Part shown: positions 36,520 to 45,506 of the stretch, piece after piece | Layout: every line of letters starts with the position of its first letter | Numbering within the stretch: the first letter of the stretch is position 1 | Origin: Pyrodictiaceae archaeon | GTDB taxonomy: Archaea > Thermoproteota > Thermoprotei_A > Sulfolobales > Pyrodictiaceae | DNA: 64,000 nucleotides | Assembly: GCA_027036135.1 (NCBI GenBank) | Contig: JALVSY010000007.1 | Location: 420,880-484,879 of the forward strand | Direction: 5' to 3' | Notes under the pieces: model-generated | The model's input: only the letters and a program-made list of their open reading frames with translations | What the model was told of the DNA's origin: nothing | Databases searched by the model: none | Made by a program: the position numbers and the translations under genes

Positions 36520-38523
36520 CTATAAGCGTAACAATGCGCGCTCAATAACATTGATACTGTCTACCGTAATTATTCTGGCCCCTGTATTGTCGAGGCATGA
36601 AGGATAGTTGTTAGAAGGCGTAAGTATAACAACGCGCCATCCAGAACTTTGAATCCATGCTACTTGATCACATACATCAGTCTCTGTATAGGGCTTAACA
36701 GTTTGCTTAAGATCGCTAATTAATACAAGCTTTGAAGCACTAATACCTTTGACAGCAGCATCTAGTGCTGATACTATGTTCGTATACCCGCTAAACTGTG
36801 TAGAAAAGACTAACTCGATGAGCTTATGAATATTGACCCTGCTTAGCTTATTAAGTACATATACATTCTCGTCAAAGAATACTATCCTTTTTACAAGAGG
36901 CGCTAATGCAGCAGCTGAAAGCAAGGCCGCAATAGCATAGTCGCGCATGCTGCCACTCTTATCAATTACCAATACAATACTCTTCGTTCTCTTATTACTC
37001 CTAACAGTTATCGGGTTCGGTTTCATCCTTACCATATTATGTATCGTATGCCTAGTCGATATCTTACCAAACCCGCTTCTAGTAATAGCAACAGTGGCTC
37101 TTCTACCCTTACTAAAGAGACCAGCATATCTCCTGGTAATAATGTACAGAAGCCTCATTGCATAGTGCTTAGTACGGGAATCCGCACTGCTAGCTATGTT
37201 GCTCAGTAACTTAACTGCATCGGTGAATGAGAGATCCTTTACAAGCGACTTCAACGCTGCATAATTATTTCCCGTCATCAGCGCATTTGCCTCGTAATTA
37301 ACTCTCTCATAGATTTTCCTTAGCTCAGTAAGCACTTCCCCCTCCTTAATCTGGCTCAACATCTCTTTTGCCTTCTCCAATTCAGCTAGCGCGTAGTCTC
37401 TATAGGCTTGTTCATCCTGACCAAGCATGCTCCTAAAAAGCATCTCACGTGCTTCCGCTATCTTCGATAATAGAGCTAGTTCGGTTGAGCCGAGTTCTTT
37501 CTTACGAGCCTTTTCAAGCAGAACATTGTTCGCAAGTATAACTCCGAGAGCCTTCTTATGTATAGGAGGTACCCCTAACGCCTTAGCAGCTATCTCAACA
37601 CTATTCTCGTTATCTCTATCACTTAGCGCTATATCCAATAATTCTTCGCTACTAATACTATTCCTTAAGCGGTCTATTAGCCTTGGATTAGCCTTAATGA
37701 GTTTATTAAGTAATTTCTCGTCAAGCATTTTCTCCCTTATAGCGATATCTAGTACAAGCCTAGCCTCGTTCTCAGATAAGCGATTACGCGAAGCAGCTAT
37801 CCGCGATAAAACACTAGCAACATAGCGCCTTAGAGGCCTACTCCTAGCATACCTATAGATTCTCGCCAGTTGCTCTATTCCTAGCTTCCCGAGATCAACA
37901 TAGTAGGGAAGCTCACTGCCAAGACGAGCAGCAAGCGATAAAACAAAATCATTCCTACCCTTACCAGCAATAGCACTAGCTACGGCTTCACGATAACTAC
38001 TTGAACTCCTAGCCAGTCTTCTAGCTATGTCCTTTATAGCCTTCTCAGATACAACCCGGGCTCTTGACCCCTTGCTTTTAATAACTCCCAATAATCGTAG
38101 CCTAGCATAAGCCGCTTGTGCATCATCACTAAGTCTGCCCCTTAAACTAAAACTAGAGCTCGGCCCTACTCCTAGCTTCTCCAAATCCGACTTAATACCG
38201 CGAATGATATCCTTTACACTATCCCGGCTACTAGTATCCAAGACAAGGTCAGAGAATTTCCTAGAATCCTCCTTTCTCTTACAAAGCACCGAACAAGAAA
38301 CAAACACTATGTCGTCATTAGTTAACATGCCTCCTCGCAGCGTAGCATAAATAGAAAGAATCCTCGCTAATTCAACAAGCTCAGCCGTAGAAACCCTTAT
38401 TCCACGGCTCCTAGCCTTCTTTGCCAGCTTATTTACAAGATCTATTATGAACTCGTCGTAACTTCTTAAGGCACTAGGAACCGAATTAGCCTGAGCCTCC
38501 AAAGACCCTTCCCAGCGCTTCAT
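36520..38523 (-). CDS. VWA domain protein (CoxE-like) with long helical region
   Basis: ARSRGIRVSTAE N-terminus, MIDAS DKSGSM, GYTNI, ISDL. Confidence 0.85.
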   Translation of the reverse strand: MKRWEGSLEAQANSVPSALRSYDEFIIDLVNKLAKKARSRGIRVSTAELVELARILSIYATLRGGMLTNDDIVFVSCSVLCKRKEDSRKFSDLVLDTSSRDSVKDIIRGIKSDLEKLGVGPSSSFSLRGRLSDDAQAAYARLRLLGVIKSKGSRARVVSEKAIKDIARRLARSSSSYREAVASAIAGKGRNDFVLSLAARLGSELPYYVDLGKLGIEQLARIYRYARSRPLRRYVASVLSRIAASRNRLSENEARLVLDIAIREKMLDEKLLNKLIKANPRLIDRLRNSISSEELLDIALSDRDNENSVEIAAKALGVPPIHKKALGVILANNVLLEKARKKELGSTELALLSKIAEAREMLFRSMLGQDEQAYRDYALAELEKAKEMLSQIKEGEVLTELRKIYERVNYEANALMTGNNYAALKSLVKDLSFTDAVKLLSNIASSADSRTKHYAMRLLYIITRRYAGLFSKGRRATVAITRSGFGKISTRHTIHNMVRMKPNPITVRSNKRTKSIVLVIDKSGSMRDYAIAALLSAAALAPLVKRIVFFDENVYVLNKLSRVNIHKLIELVFSTQFSGYTNIVSALDAAVKGISASKLVLISDLKQTVKPYTETDVCDQVAWIQSSGWRVVILTPSNNYPSCLDNTGARIITVDSINVIERALLRL

Positions 38524-39490
38524 CCACTATCTCTCCCTCCTCAACACGCTTATACAATACTATTGTAGCAGCATCAATTACCTCTCTTACCGATACCTCG
38601 TCTCGGCCTCGTAGCGCAGCTAATCTACCAGCAATCCTGGCCCATAATACAGTATCAGCTGGCCCAGGTTTATACGTGGCTTTTTCCCGAAGAATATTAA
38701 CAACCATTACCATCTTCTTTACTAGTTCGTCGCTAATACGAGTAGCCGCGTCATAGCGCAGCCTTACAATTTCGAGCTCAAGCTCTGGAGAAGGATAATT
38801 GAACTCAATGCGCACAACCCTTCTAAGAAAGGCATCACTTAGCTCGCCTTGTGCATAGTCCTCGGGATTACTTGTAAATATTATCTGAAACCCATCACCC
38901 CTAGCCCAGAATACACGCTTAATCTCGGGAACAATAATCCTCCTCTTATCAATTATATCAAGCAATAGGTTCTGGAACTCTTCACTGCTCCTCCTTATCT
39001 CGTCAACAAGAACGCCAGCGTCAAGTATCAGGGCAGCAAGCAATGGGCGTGGCATAAAGCTTGCCTCATTAAACCCGTATTTAAGGGCCATCAGTGGATG
39101 AAAATCACCTATAACCCTATACTCGTCATAATTCTCGCTGCAGGGTATGATAAAAGCAGGCTTACCAGCCCATAGGGAAAGTATAGCCTCACCTATCTCC
39201 GTCTTACCAGTCCCGGGAGGTCCCTCAAATAAGACAGGTCTCCCAGCGAGAAAAGCAGCAGCAGTCAAAGTAATAACCTTATCATCGACTATAAGCTTAT
39301 ACCTATTCCTAAGCTCCCTTCTTATAAGATCCGGGTTACGAATAGGCTTCTGAGCTTTTTTCTCAATAATCTGTCCATAAATCTGCCTAACCTTATCCTC
39401 AATAGACTCATTTCTCCCCCTAATAGGCTTCTCATTGTTAGGTTCTAGATAGCTCTCAAAGACCCATATGTCATCAGTACTGTTGTCCAT
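38486..39490 (-). CDS. MoxR-family AAA+ ATPase (CoxD-like)
   Basis: EGPPGTGKT, VDEIRR, LSDAFLRR, YPSPELE. Confidence 0.92.
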   Translation of the reverse strand: MDNSTDDIWVFESYLEPNNEKPIRGRNESIEDKVRQIYGQIIEKKAQKPIRNPDLIRRELRNRYKLIVDDKVITLTAAAFLAGRPVLFEGPPGTGKTEIGEAILSLWAGKPAFIIPCSENYDEYRVIGDFHPLMALKYGFNEASFMPRPLLAALILDAGVLVDEIRRSSEEFQNLLLDIIDKRRIIVPEIKRVFWARGDGFQIIFTSNPEDYAQGELSDAFLRRVVRIEFNYPSPELELEIVRLRYDAATRISDELVKKMVMVVNILREKATYKPGPADTVLWARIAGRLAALRGRDEVSVREVIDAATIVLYKRVEEGEIVDEALGRVFGGSG

Positions 39491-39647
39491 ACCCTTGCTC
39501 CCTTTCTAAGAGCCTGTACACGTACCCCCTAATTATGCAAAGTGTACACAATCAATGCCATGAGCAAGGTAACAGAAATAACAATGCAACAATATAATTA
39601 GCCCGAGTAACATTACTTTTATCTAAGCAATAAGGGGAGACAAGCTA

Positions 39648-40115
39648 TTGGCGCACCTCGAGCCAGTACTCTATAGCGTCTGGATAAGAAAAGGTCCAGA
39701 CATAGAGAAATATGACCTAGTATTCGATGAGACTGGAGTCGAGCTACGATTCCTAGGTGAGTACTGGGTCTCCCTAAGACCAAGAACCGGGCTGCAAAGA
39801 CGAACAGACTTATTCATTTACAGCTTAAGGAAACGAAAGGCCAGGCAGGAGAGCGTCCAATCGATACGCATAGACTACTGCGATATAGCTAGGTACGAGC
39901 TAAGGAAGCCACAACAGAAAAAGAAGCAGAACAGGATGAGTACAACGAGCATATCCGTAGAGCAGGAAGCGGCTCGCCTAGTACTTGTGCTAAGGAATGG
40001 AAAGATAATCGAGATAGGTATATCGCCCAAAGTTTATCATATAGCGAAAGCATTGGTGAAAAATTATCTTATAAAGGGGCTTGAGAAATGCCGTAAACAG
40101 GACAAGGGGCAATGA
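39648..40115 (+). CDS. Hypothetical protein (possibly PH-like fold)
   Basis: 155-aa ORF, SD GGGGAG. Confidence 0.65.
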   Translation: MAHLEPVLYSVWIRKGPDIEKYDLVFDETGVELRFLGEYWVSLRPRTGLQRRTDLFIYSLRKRKARQESVQSIRIDYCDIARYELRKPQQKKKQNRMSTTSISVEQEAARLVLVLRNGKIIEIGISPKVYHIAKALVKNYLIKGLEKCRKQDKGQ

Positions 40116-40185
40116 AGAGGGCCCGATAATCTGAAACAATGCTAGGCTTCTTCTCGGTGATGAAGGATCAACCGTCGGAGCCGCC
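40106..40185 (+). ncRNA. Box C/D guide sRNA, probably targeting 16S rRNA
   Basis: C ATGAAGA 40112-40118, D' CTGA 40131-40134, C' GTGATGA 40157-40163, D CGGA 40176-40179. Guide AGGATCAACCG is complementary to the 16S 5' end CGGUUGAUCCU. Confidence 0.85.
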
Positions 40186-40196
40186 TATATCCTAAC

Positions 40197-40463
40197 TTAT
40201 CTCGTCGCATCTATGCTGTACACCTTTACACCAAACACGGTATCAGTCTTGTTCTCCTGGACTATTCTCTCAACGCGTCTCCGTAACTCCTCTAGGTCGG
40301 CACTCCCAGCATCTATGTCCACGTAGTATAGCTCTGGTGTAACCTTTGACCTACTAAGCTTGAACTCAATACCATTATTCTGTAGAGCAGTAAGTATCCT
40401 TTCCGCGTCGCTTGAGTAATAGGTATTGAATATTAGGCGGACAGCCCTTCGCCCTTTGGGCAT
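40197..40463 (-). CDS. Hypothetical protein (ferredoxin-like fold pattern)
   Basis: 88-aa ORF closely following the upstream gene. Confidence 0.7.
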   Translation of the reverse strand: MPKGRRAVRLIFNTYYSSDAERILTALQNNGIEFKLSRSKVTPELYYVDIDAGSADLEELRRRVERIVQENKTDTVFGVKVYSIDATR

Positions 40464-40465
40464 GG

Positions 40466-41032
40466 TTACCCATACCTCGCTATGTACTCGTCTATGTCCA
40501 TAATAGTTGCGCAGGTTTTTAAATCAGTCACTGGTTTAAGCCCCCTCCTCTCCACGTATTCCACTATGCTACTAAACTCTATGAAGGCGTTCTTAGCCGC
40601 CTCAAACTCGTTTGGGAAAACTCTTGGGATTAAGTTAACATTTCGACTTAGTTGCTCAGCAACCCTCTTATTATTAGCTACCCAGTCACACTTACCTGAG
40701 AGCATTAGTTTTCCACTCGGCATTTCGAGAAGCAAGGGATACATCTTGCAAGCATACGGCTTATCCCTATGTATCCTACAGCGGTGTTTCTCCCTATCAT
40801 AAAAAGGGCAGTATCCTTGTATAATCCACCTATAGAGCGTTACAATGCATGATCTCTTATCATCCATGTATACTTGTAATGGCTTGAACTCTAGCGAAAC
40901 ACCAAGGTTCTCGGCAAGTTCTTCAAGTAGTCTTTTCTCCCAGGGAAAGACCGTTGGCATTTCATATTCTTTCTCGAAGTAACAGCAATGATCGCAGTAC
41001 AAGCACTTAAACCGTGGAAGTTGCCTCACCAT
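40466..41032 (-). CDS. YkgJ family Cys-cluster (Zn/Fe-S) protein
   Basis: CLYCDHCC, CPFY, CRIHRDKPYACKMYP. Start set to ATG 41032. Confidence 0.9.
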   Translation of the reverse strand: MVRQLPRFKCLYCDHCCYFEKEYEMPTVFPWEKRLLEELAENLGVSLEFKPLQVYMDDKRSCIVTLYRWIIQGYCPFYDREKHRCRIHRDKPYACKMYPLLLEMPSGKLMLSGKCDWVANNKRVAEQLSRNVNLIPRVFPNEFEAAKNAFIEFSSIVEYVERRGLKPVTDLKTCATIMDIDEYIARYG

Positions 41033-41088
41033 TACTAGTAACCCTAAAGCCCTAGTACCAGCTACTCCCTTGATATGGGCAACGCCTC

Positions 41089-41154
41089 CGCTGTGATGAA
41101 GGGTGCAAACGCAGAAGAGCCTTACTAGATGACGAAGAGAACCTGTCTGAGCTA
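41089..41154 (+). ncRNA. Box C/D guide sRNA
   Basis: C GTGATGA 41093-41099, D' CAGA, C' ATGACGA, D CTGA 41147-41150, 11-12 nt guides. Confidence 0.82.
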
Positions 41155-41171
41155 TCCTAGCCACTAATATG

Positions 41172-41240
41172 GGCCTCCGAAGAAGGGGTTTGGTCAGCAC
41201 AGCGCTGTGCTCAGTACTCGGCAAACACTTCATCGGCTCC
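41172..41240 (-). ncRNA. Candidate box C/D sRNA with palindromic spacer
   Basis: Minus strand CCGATGA-guide-CTGA-GCACAGCGCTGTGC-TGACCA-guide-CGGA, with TATAATTT upstream. Confidence 0.5.
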
Positions 41241-41303
41241 GAGAATAGCTAGGAAAAATTATAGGGGTTGATTAATCCCTAGCGCTACTTGGTGAAGGGA
41301 CGA

Positions 41304-41414
41304 ATGGGTGGCAGGCAGAGAACAACTCTATTCATGACAGCTGAGGAGAAAGCTGCTTCAAAGACTAGGGAGGCGAAGCAGACAAAGACCAAGAAGGGTA
41401 AGGGCAAACGATAA
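41304..41414 (+). CDS. 36-aa basic micro-protein (not in the ORF track)
   Basis: MGGRQRTTLFMTAEEKAASKTREAKQTKTKKGKGKR, SD GGTGA, upstream AAAAATTATA, downstream T-run. Confidence 0.65.
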   Translation: MGGRQRTTLFMTAEEKAASKTREAKQTKTKKGKGKR

Positions 41415-41520
41415 CAATACCTTTTTATCGATAAGTTATTAAGTTGCATTTTTATCAATGTATACAGTTTGTGTGCTATACTCGTCTTCTTCAGTGATAC
41501 GAGAAGCGGTGCACCAAAAA

Positions 41521-42363
41521 TTGACTGCTAAGAAGCGTCGATGCAAGCTAGGTGTAGCGCTAGCGGCATCGTATACGTTAACTGAGCCATCGCTTCTCCT
41601 CAAGACGATAAAGATAGGTGTCCTCGGGAGACTATTAGCAGTGTTTAGAGTCGATAATGTGGTCTTCTTCATAGACCGTGCTGATGCCTGGAAAGAGGCT
41701 AGCCTTGCCAAGCGAATACTAGAATACATGGTTACAGCTCCTTATCTACGCCGATACGTCTATCCCCCTAATGTCCCGGATCTACGCTATGCAGGGGTCT
41801 TGCCCCCGCTTCAGCTTCCTACGCATGGTGTCGGTGGACCACGCGAGGGAGAGATTCGGGAAGCCCTTGTACTTAGACCAGTGAGGCAAGGTGTAGTAGT
41901 GGAAGCAGGGCTGAGTAAGCCAGTACTTGCGAGAACGAATAAGAAGTATAGGAGAGGCCAGAGAGTACTGATACGAATAGAGTCTCTTTCCCCGATATCG
42001 GTAACCCTGTTGCAAAAAACCGATATATACTCGGGGTTCTCAGTCCATATAGAGGAGTCCCTTACAAGGCTTTTACGCAAATATCGTGACAAATACTATG
42101 TTATCGCAACTAGTAGAAAGGGTAACACCATAGATATAGAAAACTTACGTGCCAGGAGCCACTCGGTATGCAATAAAGGCGTACTAGTAGTGTTTGGCTC
42201 GCCTAGTGAGGGCTTATTCGAGCTAGCTGAGCATGAGGGACAGAGACTGACTAGCCTCGTAGACGAGGTTGTGAACACGGTTCCGGGCCAAGGCACACTA
42301 ACAGTTAGGGTTGAGGAAGCTGTAGCAGCAACCTTAGCGATACTTAACCTATTCTTGGACTAA
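41521..42363 (+). CDS. SPOUT-class RNA methyltransferase (DUF171-like)
   Basis: TAPYLRR, LRYAGVLPPL, VVFGSP, NTVPGQGTLTVRVEEA. Typical position before rpl3. Confidence 0.92.
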   Translation: MTAKKRRCKLGVALAASYTLTEPSLLLKTIKIGVLGRLLAVFRVDNVVFFIDRADAWKEASLAKRILEYMVTAPYLRRYVYPPNVPDLRYAGVLPPLQLPTHGVGGPREGEIREALVLRPVRQGVVVEAGLSKPVLARTNKKYRRGQRVLIRIESLSPISVTLLQKTDIYSGFSVHIEESLTRLLRKYRDKYYVIATSRKGNTIDIENLRARSHSVCNKGVLVVFGSPSEGLFELAEHEGQRLTSLVDEVVNTVPGQGTLTVRVEEAVAATLAILNLFLD

Positions 42364-42474
42364 ACGGATCTACCCCTCTCGTTGCTTTATGCGTTGACGC
42401 GTAGGGATAAAAACGAGTAGAGGTAGGGACTGGCTACGGGAGCACGGTAGTAAGGAATACGGTGGTGGTGCAGA

Positions 42475-43518
42475 GTGGGTGCGAGGAAAAAGCATGCGCC
42501 TAGACGAGGTAGCCTAGGACTAAGGCCGCGGAAGAGGGCATCAAGGCTAGTGCCCCGTATAAAATCGTGGCCAGAGGTTGTGAGCGAGAACCCGCTACCC
42601 CTTGCATTCCTAGCTTATAAGGCTGGCATGACGCATGCATTCATGATAGATGATACACCTGGCTCAATGACTCATGGAAGAGAGATATTCGTTCCCGTAA
42701 CGGTTCTCGAAGCACCCCCCATGGTAGCTGTAGCACTCCGCGTCTATGGCTATGACCCCAATATAGGGCTCTATACTATGGGCGAGGCCTGGGCGCAGCC
42801 GGAGGCGCTAATCAATCAGTACAAGCTCGATATAAACCGGGCTATTCCGCGCCTAAGGTTCCCCGATACCGAGAAGGCTGTAAAGAGGCTAGAAGAGAAG
42901 CTCAGCGATATCTACGATGTGAGGATAATAGCAGCGTCACAGCCACGCCTAGTAGGTGGGCTGAGCAAGAAGAAGCCAGACCTAATTGAGATAAAGATAG
43001 GTGGTGGTAAGAGCCTAGAAGAGCGCTTCAACTATGCAACAAAAATACTTGGTGGCGAGATAAAGATAACCGATGTATTTAAGGAAGGACAGCTGGTTGA
43101 CGTCATAGCAGTCACCAGAGGCAAGGGGTTCCAGGGCGTAATAAAGAGGTTTGGAGTAAAGGAACTCCCAAGATGGCACAAGCACAGAAAGGGTAGTAGG
43201 AGCGGTCCAGGCACACGTGGCCCGGCAACCACGTTCTCTTGGAGCGAGGTACCGCAGCCAGGCCAAATGGGGTACCATAGGCGAACGGAGTATAATAAGC
43301 GAATAATCAAGATAGGCGAGAACGGCCTAGAGGTAACGCCGGCAGGCGGCTTCCTCCACTACGGTATAGTGAGGAGCACATACGTACTACTCGCGGGCAG
43401 CGTGCCAGGTACGCCAAAGAGACCAATAGTGTTAAGACACCCAGTGCGCCCCACGTGGACGCCGGAGGCTCCTCCACGAATCACGTTTATCAGCTTACAA
43501 AGCAAACAAGGCAACTAA
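42475..43518 (+). CDS. rpl3: 50S ribosomal protein uL3
   Basis: PRRGSLGLRPRKRA, YKAGMTH, GQMGYHRRTE. Confidence 0.98.
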   Translation: MGARKKHAPRRGSLGLRPRKRASRLVPRIKSWPEVVSENPLPLAFLAYKAGMTHAFMIDDTPGSMTHGREIFVPVTVLEAPPMVAVALRVYGYDPNIGLYTMGEAWAQPEALINQYKLDINRAIPRLRFPDTEKAVKRLEEKLSDIYDVRIIAASQPRLVGGLSKKKPDLIEIKIGGGKSLEERFNYATKILGGEIKITDVFKEGQLVDVIAVTRGKGFQGVIKRFGVKELPRWHKHRKGSRSGPGTRGPATTFSWSEVPQPGQMGYHRRTEYNKRIIKIGENGLEVTPAGGFLHYGIVRSTYVLLAGSVPGTPKRPIVLRHPVRPTWTPEAPPRITFISLQSKQGN

Positions 43519-43553
43519 AAATAATCAATAAATATATGAGGTGAGCCGGCACC

Positions 43554-44387
43554 GTGGGTAGCTTAGTGGGCTCAACAATATTTCTCCTAGCCCGTGAACC
43601 AGCAGTCGTGCCAGTATATTCTAAGAGCGGTGAGAAAGCCGACGAAGTAAGGCTCCCCAGAGTATTCGGTTTACCGGTGCGGGTTGATCTCATAAGGCGG
43701 GCGTTCTTCTCTGAGTTCACCGCCAGGCTTCGGCCGAAGGGCCGCGACCCTCTCGCTGGCAAGCGTACTACAGCAAGGAGTTTTGGAGTAGGTCTAGGTA
43801 TAGCAAGAGTACCAAGAATACCGGGTCTTGGCAGAGCAGCATTCATAAACTCGGCTGTAGGAGGCCACCTGGCTCATCCTCCTAGGCCAGAGAAGAGAAT
43901 ACATGAGGAGATAAACAAGAAGGAGAAGAAACTAGCCACGGCCTCAGCGCTAGCAGCAACATCGATAAAAGACTTTGTACTGAGACGCGGCCACGTATTT
44001 AGTGCAGAGCACGTCCCAGTAATCCTAGTTGATGAAGTTGAGCAATCAATAACAAAGGCTAGAGAGGCCCGTGAGTTGTTAGAAAAACTAGGCCTATGGA
44101 GTGATATCGAGAGAGCCAAGGAACGCACACGCATACGTGCTGGTAAGGGCAAGCGCCGCGGAAGGCGATACGTAACACCTAAGAGCATACTCTTCATACT
44201 GAGTAACCACAAGTCCCCGTTTGCCCAGATAGTGAAGAGCTTTCCCGGCGTAGACGTAGCAGAGCCGTGGAGCGTCAATGTGCTACAGCTCGCTCCAGGC
44301 GCGGTACCGGGCCGTCTCACAGTCATAACCAGGACAGCACTCGAGGAGCTCTCAAAGCGCTTTGATAACATAATATTCAGGGCCTAA
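43554..44387 (+). CDS. rpl4: 50S ribosomal protein uL4
   Basis: GRDPLAGKRTTA, RAGKGKRRGRRY, LAPGAVPGRL. Confidence 0.98.
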   Translation: MGSLVGSTIFLLAREPAVVPVYSKSGEKADEVRLPRVFGLPVRVDLIRRAFFSEFTARLRPKGRDPLAGKRTTARSFGVGLGIARVPRIPGLGRAAFINSAVGGHLAHPPRPEKRIHEEINKKEKKLATASALAATSIKDFVLRRGHVFSAEHVPVILVDEVEQSITKAREARELLEKLGLWSDIERAKERTRIRAGKGKRRGRRYVTPKSILFILSNHKSPFAQIVKSFPGVDVAEPWSVNVLQLAPGAVPGRLTVITRTALEELSKRFDNIIFRA

Positions 44388-44403
44388 TACGAGGTGGGCA
44401 TAG

Positions 44404-44661
44404 ATGGGATTAGAGATACTCATTAGGCCTGTACAAAGCGAAAAAGCACTAAGGCTAATAGAGCAAAACAATACATTAACATTCATAGTTGATCGTAAAG
44501 CAACAAAACACGATATAAAAAGGGCAATAGAGGAAGCCTTCGGCGTTAAAGTAGAGAGAGTAAATACGTTGATAACGCCAAGAGGAGAAAAGAAAGCTTA
44601 CATAAAACTAGCACCGGGCTATAGTGCCGCAGACATAGCTGCACGGCTAGGAATTCTCTAA
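44404..44661 (+). CDS. rpl23: 50S ribosomal protein uL23
   Basis: [25 protein letters not shown]. Confidence 0.98.
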   Translation: MGLEILIRPVQSEKALRLIEQNNTLTFIVDRKATKHDIKRAIEEAFGVKVERVNTLITPRGEKKAYIKLAPGYSAADIAARLGIL

Positions 44662-44811
44662 CATATGTTCATCGAATTATTTTCAGACATTACTAGTCGT
44701 TTTGTCTTCCTTCGTCTTTATTATATTCAAGTAGTCTCCTCATAGTCCATGTCTCTGGATTTGTATGCTATCTTGGTGAGCAGGAACACATTCTACGCTG
44801 GTTACTTATGT

Positions 44812-44946
44812 TTATTAGGGGACGACGTTTTCCTCATCTATTATGGAGCATGCCCGCGCGAGTGCCCCGCGTAATCGGGGCCCCGTGAGCGCGCGGAGGC
44901 TCCACCCCTAGGCGTCAGGCCCCTCGTACATGCTTCTTCTCGCCAC
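44812..44946 (-). ncRNA. Candidate structured ncRNA: C/D-like boxes flanking a 60-nt GC-rich hairpin
   Basis: Hairpin 44844-44904 (TGGAGC/GCTCCA, CCGCGCG/CGCGCGG, GCCCCG/CGGGGC). Minus-strand GAGAAGA..CTGA and TAATAG-ATGAGGA-12nt-CTAA. Confidence 0.5.
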
Positions 44947-45031
44947 CTCAGGTCTAGGTATCATTTACTTATTTAGGTGAGTACTCTGCTGAGAGGGCAT
45001 CGGGATTACACTCTAGCGTGAGGGGTTAGCT

Positions 45032-45502
45032 GTGCCCACCTGGAAGTACTCAGTAAGGGTTGATGAGGAGCGCTCAGCTAAGGCTATGGTATGGGATGCC
45101 CCGATATCGTATAAGAAAATAGTTGAGCTTGCTAGGCTGCTTAAGGGAATGCGCGTCAATGACGCTAAAGCGTTTCTTGAGAGAGTAGCAGCGGGCAGGG
45201 AACCAGTTCCCGTGAGGAGGTATAGCGGAAAGCAAGCCCATCATCGCGGCCTAGCAGCCAAATATAAGTGGCCTATCGGCAGGTACCCCGTTAAGGCGGC
45301 TAAGATACTTCTCAAGCTCCTAGACAATGCCGTAAATAACGCAGAAGTAAAGGGACTCGATACGGAGAGACTACGAATAACACATATAGCTGTACACAAG
45401 GGCAGGGTTATCAAGAAGTGGATGCCCAGGGCATTTGGGCGCTCATCGCCGCGCTTCCGGAAGTATAGCCACATAGAAATGGTTGTAACGGAGGAGGAGT
45501 AA
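45032..45502 (+). CDS. rpl22: 50S ribosomal protein uL22
   Basis: GRYPVKAA, NNAEVKGLD, PRAFGR. Confidence 0.98.
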   Translation: MPTWKYSVRVDEERSAKAMVWDAPISYKKIVELARLLKGMRVNDAKAFLERVAAGREPVPVRRYSGKQAHHRGLAAKYKWPIGRYPVKAAKILLKLLDNAVNNAEVKGLDTERLRITHIAVHKGRVIKKWMPRAFGRSSPRFRKYSHIEMVVTEEE

Positions 45503-45506
45503 GGCC

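Noticed and set aside
41033-41233. N-terminal extension of the YkgJ ORF
   Set aside because: The translation is not protein-like and runs through two sRNA candidates.
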